The notes beneath the pieces were generated by a model. The model saw only the letters and a list, made by a program, of their open reading frames with translations, did no database searches and was not told the origin of the DNA. Shown piece by piece: positions 17,257 to 25,064 of a stretch of 42,049 nt of DNA; within the stretch, counting starts at the first letter, position 1, and each line of letters opens with the position of its first letter. The position numbers and the translations under genes are program-made. The stretch is from a virus: IMG/VR virus record IMGVR_UViG_3300047496_000083, positions 1-42,049 of that record; one strand, 5' to 3'.

Positions 17257-18430
17257 GATAGGCTTCATTGGTTTAGGAAAATTAGGCTTACCAGTTGCTT
17301 TAGCGATTGAATCCAGAGGCCATCAGGTCGCAGGTTATGACATTAACCCAGAGGTTGCTAACTATGTTGAGAATAAATACTACCCGTTTCAGGAAATAGG
17401 CATCGAAGAACTACTAGAAAACACCAAACTAAAAGTTGTTAATAGCGTCCTTCAAATCGCCCGGGACACCGATATTATCTTCCTACCAGTACAAACACCC
17501 CACGAAGCGAGATTTGAGGGTACTCAGAGACTCCCAGAGGAACGAGCTGACTTCGACTACGATTTTCTTAAAGCCGCCATTACGGATGTAGTTGAGGCGT
17601 GTAAGACACTAAAAGTAAAACGAACCCTAGTGGTGATTTCCACATGCCTGCCTGGAACCTTCAAGCGTGAGCTTAAACCCCTGCTTAATGAGTATGTGGA
17701 TTATGTCTATAGCCCCCAGTTTATAGCGATGGGCCAGGTCATAGATGACTATCTTAACCCAGAGTTTAACCTTATAGGGGTGGAAAGTGAAAAAGCCGCC
17801 GACCAACTAGAAAAGTTCTATAAGACTATAAATGATGCCCCTAACGTCAGAACAGACATCACCACAGCCGAAGGGATAAAAGTCTCCTATAACACATGGA
17901 TCACCGCCAAGACAGTCATAGCTAACGCTTGGGGCGAACTATCAGATAAACTCGGTATGAACTTCGACGACATATATAAAGCGTGGTCATTATCCACTAA
18001 ACGTCTTATCTCGCCTAGGTACATGAAGGCTGGTATGGGGGATGGTGGGGGTTGCCATCCAAGAGACAATATCGCCCTGTCACACCTAGCTAGCGAGGTT
18101 GGACTGTCGCATAACATCTTTGAAGACCTAATGGAAGCCAGAGAAGACTTTGAAGACTATCATGCCCGTCAAGCGATGGAAGCATCTAAGAAATCCGGAC
18201 TACCACTAGTAATATTGGGGCGGTCTTTCAAACCCGAGACACAGATCGAGACTGGAAGTCCAGCTATCTTAATGGCTAATCTGTTAAAAGAGTATGGTTA
18301 TCCGTTTGAGCACGTTGAAGACCTACCAGAATATAAGAAGGCCGTCTATTTCATCGCCACCAACCACGAACGCTATAAAGACATAGATTTTCCTGAAGGT
18401 AGCGTACTGATAATCCCCTTTCAAGGATAA
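17249..18430 (+). CDS. Nucleotide-sugar dehydrogenase (UDP-glucose/GDP-mannose dehydrogenase family)
   Basis: IGFIGLGKLGLPVALAI Rossmann motif and GMGDGGGCHPRDN catalytic-Cys motif. Confidence 0.8.
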   Translation: MSKIGFIGLGKLGLPVALAIESRGHQVAGYDINPEVANYVENKYYPFQEIGIEELLENTKLKVVNSVLQIARDTDIIFLPVQTPHEARFEGTQRLPEERADFDYDFLKAAITDVVEACKTLKVKRTLVVISTCLPGTFKRELKPLLNEYVDYVYSPQFIAMGQVIDDYLNPEFNLIGVESEKAADQLEKFYKTINDAPNVRTDITTAEGIKVSYNTWITAKTVIANAWGELSDKLGMNFDDIYKAWSLSTKRLISPRYMKAGMGDGGGCHPRDNIALSHLASEVGLSHNIFEDLMEAREDFEDYHARQAMEASKKSGLPLVILGRSFKPETQIETGSPAILMANLLKEYGYPFEHVEDLPEYKKAVYFIATNHERYKDIDFPEGSVLIIPFQG

Positions 18431-18448
18431 GTAGTATACAATAAAATC

Positions 18449-19300
18449 ATGGAAGACTTCCAGAAAGAAATAGACGACCAAGCCGCTCAAAAGGCTCAGG
18501 ATCAAAAAGAACTAGCCCTACAAGCTCAGGCTGTGGAGCGAACCAACGCCCTCATAAACGCTGTTACGAGTGCTACGAAGGCTTTAATGGCTTTCCAGGC
18601 TCAACACCAGCCCAAAGTCTCTGTGACGAATCAGAAAGACTTCCCCACCTCTATAAGCACCCCTGATGTACAAGAAGTAGTCAAAGCCCTAGAGAACCTT
18701 AAACAGCCCATTCTAGAAAACAAGATCGACCATACACCAGTAGTAGAAGCCCTAAGCAAGTTGAACGAGAGTATTTCTAAACTCCCTACCAGCTTCCCTG
18801 AAGCCCCAGAACCAGTCGAAGAAGTCACTGTCAAGAACCTAATTGACTACTCGAAAGAGTTCCAATCACTAGGCATAGCAATTAAAGGCATTGACGTTAA
18901 GCCTGTCGTTAATATCCCTGAAGACAAACCTGACGACTACAGCCCAATTATAGATTCCTTAACTAAGGTTATGGACGCTATTAAAGCGATTGAGATACCT
19001 AAGGTCCCGAAGACCGACCTAACACCACTAGTAGACGCCACCCAAGCAGTCCAAGACACTATAAATAACCTTAAGTTCCCGGTTCCCAACTATATTCTCC
19101 CGTATGCAGATACTAAAGGGGTGGCCACCCAAGCACCCGTACCGATTCTAAGTAAGGCTTATGACGAGATTGACTGGTCAAATCCTGACGGTAACGGAAA
19201 CTATCAAACCATCACCACGAAGTCAGGCGGAGTTGCCAAGCAAAGCCTTAGCCTAACCTTTGACGGATCGAATAACGTAACCAGTATTGTTAGAAATTAA
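18449..19300 (+). CDS. Hypothetical structural protein
   Basis: ORF track; TAGTATAC motif upstream. Confidence 0.45.
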   Translation: MEDFQKEIDDQAAQKAQDQKELALQAQAVERTNALINAVTSATKALMAFQAQHQPKVSVTNQKDFPTSISTPDVQEVVKALENLKQPILENKIDHTPVVEALSKLNESISKLPTSFPEAPEPVEEVTVKNLIDYSKEFQSLGIAIKGIDVKPVVNIPEDKPDDYSPIIDSLTKVMDAIKAIEIPKVPKTDLTPLVDATQAVQDTINNLKFPVPNYILPYADTKGVATQAPVPILSKAYDEIDWSNPDGNGNYQTITTKSGGVAKQSLSLTFDGSNNVTSIVRN

Positions 19301-19338
19301 ATAACTGATATGCTTAAATTAAAGAAATAGAGGATATA

Positions 19339-19563
19339 ATGCCCGAGAAAGTCACTAAAGAAGAAAAAGAGTTTACCGTAACCCACGAAGATGGTAGTAC
19401 ATCTGTCGTAAAAGGCCAAATTACAACTACCGACCATGGTGTAACTGATGAAGACGGATTTCCTAAAATCAGCGTACATATTAACGCCCCTGTCGCCACA
19501 GGAAGAACAGCCGAAGAACTAGAAGCAGATAGATTAAAAGAATTATTTAGAGAGGACAAGTAA
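19339..19563 (+). CDS. Hypothetical protein
   Basis: ORF track; SD AGAGGA. Confidence 0.45.
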   Translation: MPEKVTKEEKEFTVTHEDGSTSVVKGQITTTDHGVTDEDGFPKISVHINAPVATGRTAEELEADRLKELFREDK

Positions 19564-20015
19564 TGGCAGTAGTAACGCATCTGTATGATGCCATCATCAA
19601 CGGATTTTTAACGAAGGCTAATAGTTGGACTGCTGATACAGTCAACTGTGCCCTGTTCTCAGCCTCGACCTTCACGCATGGCGACGCCGCCTACAATACA
19701 AGCGGTACCGAAGTAGCGTCAGCCAACGGCTATACAACAGGCGGCGGTGCAGTCGGAACTAGGACAATCTCCGCCGCTACAGTAACTCCACAGTTATGTA
19801 AGATCACAGGTGCATTCGGTGGTGGATCGGCCGGAACAACTACATGGACAGCTACAGGCGCAGGTTTTACAGCCGTAGCCGCAAAACTTTACGTCGTATC
19901 TGGTTCACCTATCTGTAATGTAGACTTCGGTGGATCACAAACCGCATCCGGTGGTGGCACATTTGTAATAACATGGGACGCCACGAACGGAGTCTTTAAC
20001 GCAGCGAGTAGCTAA
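19563..20015 (+). CDS. Hypothetical virion protein
   Basis: ORF track; TAATG coupling; Gly/Thr/Ala-rich composition. Confidence 0.5.
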   Translation: MAVVTHLYDAIINGFLTKANSWTADTVNCALFSASTFTHGDAAYNTSGTEVASANGYTTGGGAVGTRTISAATVTPQLCKITGAFGGGSAGTTTWTATGAGFTAVAAKLYVVSGSPICNVDFGGSQTASGGGTFVITWDATNGVFNAASS

Positions 20016-20077
20016 TATGGATAAAATTAAACGACTCAATCGGGTAGGAATACCTGTCGAGTTAGGAGGATATTCAA

Positions 20078-20632
20078 ATTAGTCGTCAGTTTTGGTCAGA
20101 AACACTAACATGGGCAACAGCTTCTGGTACATCGGTAAACTCGGCCAACGTAGAGACAATCCTATTTCCCAATGTAACGATACCGGCTAACTATCTACAG
20201 GATGGCCGCGCCTTGCGTATACGAGCCATCGGCCAGTGGACCACTACAGCCTCAACCCCAACCCTTATATTTAACTTACGTTGGGGCGGAGTAGCTGGTA
20301 CTTTACTTTGCAAAACCGCCGCTATAACTACAGTCGCCTCAACTACCGCCGCTATGTGGGACTTGGATATAATCGTCCAAACTAGAAGCAACGGTTCATC
20401 CGGTACCCTGATGGCCAACGGTACAGCTCGAGCCTTTGCTGGCGTGGCCGGTACTATCGCCTCGGCGACAGGTGAGGGTCTGGTAACTCCAATGACTAAC
20501 GGCGGTGTAATTACCCCTGCTGTAGCCACAGTAGACCTCACGGCCGATACGGCTCTGTCGCTAACCGTCACACCGTCAACCACAGCCGCCACTTTAATCG
20601 GTTTGAACTACACTATTGAGGCATTAAATTGA
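20078..20632 (+). CDS. Hypothetical virion protein; start uncertain (ATT at 20078 after AGGAGG, or TTG at 20213 as in the track)
   Basis: The frame is open from 20066. AGGAGG at 20064-20069 lies 8 nt (20070-20077) before the in-frame ATT. The upstream 45 codons read as plausible protein. Confidence 0.5.
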   Translation: MSRQFWSETLTWATASGTSVNSANVETILFPNVTIPANYLQDGRALRIRAIGQWTTTASTPTLIFNLRWGGVAGTLLCKTAAITTVASTTAAMWDLDIIVQTRSNGSSGTLMANGTARAFAGVAGTIASATGEGLVTPMTNGGVITPAVATVDLTADTALSLTVTPSTTAATLIGLNYTIEALN

Positions 20633-21157
20633 TGTTTTGTCAAGGCTACCATGACAGAGCAACACAAGCGTAGGATAAGCGAAGCCAAGAAGGGCAAGAC
20701 TCCAAATTGGCGCAACGGACACCCCCGAGGCACTCTAGGAAAAATCGCATGGAATAAAGCTAAGGTTAGTTTAGAGTGTCAACAATGTGGCAGTCGCTAT
20801 GAAGTATCACCTTATCGTGCTTCTATATCTAAGTTCTGTTCAAAAGCTTGCGTAGGCCGTAGCAGGGGCGGCGTAAAAAGCCCGCATTGGCAAGGTGGTA
20901 TTACTCCGATAAATCTTGCTATACGAAACTCTGAGAGATATAAGATGTGGCGACTAGCGGTATACGAACGAGACTGCTTTACCTGCGTTAAGTGCGGGGT
21001 AGCAGGGGTAAAGCTAGAAGCTGACCACATTAAACTATTCAGTAAACATCCTGAACTACGATTTGATATTAGCAATGGACAGACGCTTTGCAAACCTTGT
21101 CATAAAGAGAAAACCCGAATCGACCTATCTACTAAACTAATCGAAGCCTTGAATTAG
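20633..21157 (+). mobile_element. Second free-standing HNH endonuclease cassette in the tail module
   Basis: The HNH ORF ends …IEALN-TAG, while the preceding gene ends …IEALN-TGA with different wobble bases. Confidence 0.5.
20651..21157 (+). CDS. HNH endonuclease with a NUMOD3-like N-terminal motif
   Basis: HKRRISEAKKGK… and C…CGV…LEADHIKLFSKHPELRFDISNGQTLCKPCHKEKT. Confidence 0.85.
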   Translation: MTEQHKRRISEAKKGKTPNWRNGHPRGTLGKIAWNKAKVSLECQQCGSRYEVSPYRASISKFCSKACVGRSRGGVKSPHWQGGITPINLAIRNSERYKMWRLAVYERDCFTCVKCGVAGVKLEADHIKLFSKHPELRFDISNGQTLCKPCHKEKTRIDLSTKLIEALN

Positions 21158-21169
21158 GAGCCTACCGAG

Positions 21170-21247
21170 ATGGCAGGCACGCTACCGAATAAAGGCCAAC
21201 GAGTCAAAGTCCCTAGTGGCCTCAGCACGGTTGGAGGCGTTCACTAA
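21170..21247 (+). CDS. Possible 25-aa coupled micro-ORF
   Basis: AGGAG 8 nt upstream; TAATG overlap with the next gene. Hand translation: MAGTLPNKGQRVKVPSGLSTVGGVH. Confidence 0.25.
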   Translation: MAGTLPNKGQRVKVPSGLSTVGGVH

Positions 21248-21885
21248 TGGCACTAATGAATACTTTAAAAGACCCATTCGTAGGGGCTAATCTAAACACC
21301 CAACTCTGGACACAGTTCACTGGTGGAAGTGCTACCTTTACTTATGGTAATGGGGCGACTGTCAATTACCCAGCCAGCTCGACAAGTTCGACTGACGGAG
21401 ACTTAACCTCTGTCGCTACCTACGACCTGACAGGAAGTAATGCTTTTATGCAGGTTTTCTCCGTACCAGCGAACGCTACGAGTGCCGATGCCGCCTTAAC
21501 CATGAAAATAGACGCTAGTAACTTCTTGAGATTCGTAAAGGAAGGCTCTACTCTATTCGCCCAAAAACAAGTTGCTACTGTTACTGCCACGGTAAATTCC
21601 GCCACTTACAACCCAGTAACTCATAAATGGTGGCAGATAAGGGAGAGTGGGGGAACGATATTCTGGGACACATCTACTGACGGAGAAACATGGACTAACT
21701 TCACGACTTTTGTAAATGTTCTGACGATAACCTCTATTACAGTCCTAATAGCCGGAACCTGTTTTCAGGCTGAAACTAATCCGGGAACTTATAGCTGGAG
21801 GTTTTTTAATACTAACGACTCTACCGGGCCGTATAACCATTTTAGGGTTGGCGACGGCATGAGTCGCTCGGAAGTGGCTAATTAG
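21247..21885 (+). CDS. Tail-associated beta-sandwich (lectin/LamG-like?) protein
   Basis: …KWWQIRESGGTIFWDTSTDGETWTNF… composition; C-terminal VGDGMS motif shared with the next ORF. Confidence 0.4.
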   Translation: MALMNTLKDPFVGANLNTQLWTQFTGGSATFTYGNGATVNYPASSTSSTDGDLTSVATYDLTGSNAFMQVFSVPANATSADAALTMKIDASNFLRFVKEGSTLFAQKQVATVTATVNSATYNPVTHKWWQIRESGGTIFWDTSTDGETWTNFTTFVNVLTITSITVLIAGTCFQAETNPGTYSWRFFNTNDSTGPYNHFRVGDGMSRSEVAN

Positions 21886-22581
21886 ATGGCTATTAGCAGA
21901 ATTGGTGCTGGCTCTGCAGAAGCTACATCTGTAACAATCCCTGCTGGGCATCAAGCAGGAGACTTAATGATAATATGGTCTAGCAGAATAGGAAGTGCAT
22001 CTCCAGCCTCAGCACCGACAGGTTGGACAGCTTTAAGTTCTAACGGTAATAACGGAAGCGATGCTAATCAATACTGGGTTAAAATAGCTGCATCATCTTC
22101 GGAAACAAGTGGTACTTTTACTTCTGCGACGGCTTTAATTTGCCATGTTTATAGAGGAGTCGGAACAACCAGACCTCTTAATGCTCCGATAGCAGGGATT
22201 GGAGCAGCTAATAATGCTGGATTAGGGGCATCTACCAATATTTTTTACGTTAACAGTTCACAAATTCTAAATAGTCCTAGTTTTTCATGGATAGTGGCAT
22301 TTGGTGGAGTCAATGGAACTACCAGTACTATTGAAAATGCTCCTACAGGATTAACTGCAGTCACTGATTTAGTTGGTGCCAGTGGAGAATATGCAAGTTT
22401 TGATAGCAATGGAATATATCTCAGTAATGGAGTTTGGCCGAGTACTAGTGTAGCTTTAGGAGTTAGTTTAAGAAGCCTATCAACAATCATTGAATTAATC
22501 CCCGATCAGATTGTTCCCAACAACTACCAATTCCTTAAAGTAGGAAATGGTATGAGTGTGGGAGGGGATAAGATTAGATAA
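21886..22581 (+). CDS. Minor tail-like protein, paralog A
   Basis: AGDLMIIW…PTGWTAL…YWVKIA pattern, shared with 22581..23252. Confidence 0.45.
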   Translation: MAISRIGAGSAEATSVTIPAGHQAGDLMIIWSSRIGSASPASAPTGWTALSSNGNNGSDANQYWVKIAASSSETSGTFTSATALICHVYRGVGTTRPLNAPIAGIGAANNAGLGASTNIFYVNSSQILNSPSFSWIVAFGGVNGTTSTIENAPTGLTAVTDLVGASGEYASFDSNGIYLSNGVWPSTSVALGVSLRSLSTIIELIPDQIVPNNYQFLKVGNGMSVGGDKIR

Positions 22582-23252
22582 TGGCTTGGGTAAGAATATC
22601 TGCACAGGATACTACCAATAACTCGGCTACTACGAGTGTGACCACTACCTATGGGGCGACTCCGACTGCAGGTAATCTCTTGATAGCGACCCTATATAAC
22701 TCCGACCCCTATACTGTGCTTGTCCGACCTGCTGGTTGGCAACTAGCTGTTGGTTCAAATGATAACTCTGGGCATAGTTCATCAATTTGGTGGAAAAAAG
22801 CTGGTAGCAGTGAACCAACTGCGGTAACTTTTTCAGATGCCGCTTCTGGCTCTATGCACTTAAATATTTATGAATATACCTCGGTTGGAAATAACTTTGG
22901 TGTAGACCAAATAGCCTCCGCTAACTCTGGTGCATCAACAGTCAATTCTCAGTCCACAGGCACAACAAAGTTTACGATTAATCCTAATGAGTTATTATTC
23001 GCCACTGTTATCTTTCCGGGTTCGGGGTCGGCTCCTAGTTGGACTAATAGTTTTAATGCTAGACAGAACACTACTAGGGTATTTGATGCAGACCTTATAG
23101 TATCGGCCACAGGAGCTTACACTACGACTGTCACTGTTACCGGAACAGCTGTTGTAATGGCTGGATGTATTGCCACCTTTCCTGAAAGTAAAAAATCATT
23201 CAGACCAAATACTATACGCCCCCACCCATTTAGCCCAGGATTGGCACGGTGA
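22581..23252 (+). CDS. Minor tail-like protein, paralog B
   Basis: AGNLLIATL…PAGWQLA…IWWKKAG pattern; TAATG coupling. Confidence 0.45.
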   Translation: MAWVRISAQDTTNNSATTSVTTTYGATPTAGNLLIATLYNSDPYTVLVRPAGWQLAVGSNDNSGHSSSIWWKKAGSSEPTAVTFSDAASGSMHLNIYEYTSVGNNFGVDQIASANSGASTVNSQSTGTTKFTINPNELLFATVIFPGSGSAPSWTNSFNARQNTTRVFDADLIVSATGAYTTTVTVTGTAVVMAGCIATFPESKKSFRPNTIRPHPFSPGLAR

Positions 23253-23267
23253 AGGAGGTGATGACTT

Positions 23268-24377
23268 ATTTCCTTCCTCCAGCTTAGATCACCAAGAATA
23301 AGCCAAGACCACAGTGGAAGTGTACCTAGTGGAGTAAGTACTTCTGTAACTCAAGTTGCGGCTACACTTACATTCTCTGACGGCGGTGGCACAACTGTTG
23401 CTACAGTCCAGAATTCGTCTATTACACAGATTGCCGCTACTTTAACCTTCACTGGCGGAACTCAATCTGAAACCTCAGTAAATAATGTAGCTATCTCCCA
23501 AGTAGGGGCGACTCTTACTCTGACCGGCGGAACGCAGTCAGTTGCGACTGTTAATAACGTGGCCGATTCCCAAGTTGCGGCCACCCTGACGTTTACGGGT
23601 GGAACCCAGAGTATTAATGCCGTTAGTAACGCCGCAGTCACACAATCAGGAGCGACCTTAACCTTCACAGGTGGTACGCAGGCTGTAGCGTCAGTTAATA
23701 ACGTCTCAGACGCACAAGTAGCCGCCACACTAACTTTTTCAGGAGGGACGCAGAGCGTAGCCACTTCTAACTTTGCGACTGTATCGCAATCCTCGGCAAC
23801 ACTTACCTTTAACGGTGGAACTCAAACAGTTGCTACCTTCCAACAAGCCGCAGTCTCTCAAGTAGGGGCAACTCTCACATTTACGGGTGGAACGCAGGTA
23901 ATTCAAACAAATACCTCAGATTCACAGGTAAGCGCAACCCTGACCTTCACTGGAGGTACACAGGCAGTAGCAACGAGTAACTTTGTAGCAATTAGCCAGA
24001 CAGCCGCTACCCTAACATTTAGCGGTGGCACGCAAGCGGTCGCCTCAGTCCAAAACTCAGCCGTCGCCCAATCCGCCGCCAACCTGACATTCACCGGCGG
24101 AACGCAGTCATTCATCGCCCAAGTGAACGCCGCTATCGCCCAACAAGCCGCCAACCTTACCTTTAATGGTGGTACGCAATCGGTTACAGCTAACTCTGGT
24201 TTAGTGAATGGCGCAGTCACGCAAGTTGGAGCAAGTCTTACGTTCACAGGAGGCGTACAGATAATCTCTACCAATACAAGTCCACTCCCACCAGTTAAAA
24301 CCGCCCCTAGCGTAATCTTCTTAATAGATGGTCGGGTAGCAACTAGATTAGGAGGAAATATCTACCTCCCATTGTGA
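23268..24377 (+). CDS. Tail fibre/spike-like protein with 13 tandem ~24-aa ATLTFTGGTQ repeats; start non-canonical (the track starts at GTG 23559)
   Basis: The repeats continue in frame upstream of 23559. The frame is open from 23265. AGGAGG at 23253-23258 lies 9 nt before the in-frame ATT at 23268. Confidence 0.6.
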   Translation: MSFLQLRSPRISQDHSGSVPSGVSTSVTQVAATLTFSDGGGTTVATVQNSSITQIAATLTFTGGTQSETSVNNVAISQVGATLTLTGGTQSVATVNNVADSQVAATLTFTGGTQSINAVSNAAVTQSGATLTFTGGTQAVASVNNVSDAQVAATLTFSGGTQSVATSNFATVSQSSATLTFNGGTQTVATFQQAAVSQVGATLTFTGGTQVIQTNTSDSQVSATLTFTGGTQAVATSNFVAISQTAATLTFSGGTQAVASVQNSAVAQSAANLTFTGGTQSFIAQVNAAIAQQAANLTFNGGTQSVTANSGLVNGAVTQVGASLTFTGGVQIISTNTSPLPPVKTAPSVIFLIDGRVATRLGGNIYLPL

Positions 24378-24392
24378 TAATATAAGCTTATG
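24375..24392 (+). promoter_or_regulatory. Extended -10 (TGATAATAT), 6-nt spacer, ATG
   Basis: TGATAATAT, aagctt, ATGGCT at 24390. Confidence 0.4.
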
Positions 24393-25064
24393 GCTATTAC
24401 TCTTAACGACCTAATACTAAGAACACAAAGAAAACTGGATGATAATGCTTTTTCGGTGGCGGCTTTGACAGACTTTGCCAACGATACCGAACGAGAAATA
24501 TTTAACCGTTATAGGGTAAACACCCAAGAACAGCAGATAGACACTATTACTACGACAGCAGGCGTGAGAACGCTCACAGGACTCCCTGGCGTGGCTGGGG
24601 CGGGTTCAGTCGGGCAATACATTAGCCTGCGAATTATCCTCCCCGTTAATTACTCAAAGGTTATCCCTTACATGGAATATGAAGATGTGGATGTTTATTA
24701 CCCTAACTACCAGTTACTAGGCCAAGGCCCACCTTTAGGCTGGTTTATCTTTGACGGAACACCCTCACTCGTGAATAACGCCGATAAGGTCTATACAATC
24801 TCAGCTAAGTACACAATGCTCCCGACTAAACTCGTAGCTGTAGGAGATACGCCAAACCTACCAGAAGAGTTCAGCGAAATTACCGTGCTTGGAATGTACG
24901 CCAGAGCCTTAGAGTTTAACGACGAATACGCCGAAGCCCAATCTGTTAGACAGCAATTCGACAAACTTTGTGTGGATTATGTGGATTCTAACCGTAGGCA
25001 AGCCGGAACGCCCCACATTATGCGAGCAACAAATCAAATAGCGAGAAAAATAGGCTGGCGTTAA
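24390..25064 (+). CDS. Virion protein (adaptor or tail-tubular-A-like, by position only)
   Basis: 224 aa, immediately upstream of a 665-aa ORF, followed by fibres and large internal proteins. Confidence 0.35.
   Translation: MAITLNDLILRTQRKLDDNAFSVAALTDFANDTEREIFNRYRVNTQEQQIDTITTTAGVRTLTGLPGVAGAGSVGQYISLRIILPVNYSKVIPYMEYEDVDVYYPNYQLLGQGPPLGWFIFDGTPSLVNNADKVYTISAKYTMLPTKLVAVGDTPNLPEEFSEITVLGMYARALEFNDEYAEAQSVRQQFDKLCVDYVDSNRRQAGTPHIMRATNQIARKIGWR

Noticed and set aside
23250-23264. Stop-codon readthrough or TGA reassignment joining 22581..23252 to the repeat-fibre gene, which is in the same frame
   Set aside because: Three TGA codons lie within 15 nt. Elsewhere TGA cleanly terminates many ORFs at ATGA/GTGA coupling junctions, so the standard code fits the genome.
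23462-24274. Minus-strand ORFs 23462..23764 and 23903..24274 (CVPPVKVRVA-type repeats)
   Set aside because: They are mirror images of the plus-strand repeat gene. The plus strand fits the operon direction, and the minus-strand products have implausible composition.
23300-24290. A regular ~72-nt periodic repeat that could superficially resemble a CRISPR array or a non-coding tandem repeat
   Set aside because: The period is a multiple of 3 and lies in one long open frame. Conservation is at the amino-acid level with wobble variation, and there is no invariant DNA repeat alternating with unique spacers.
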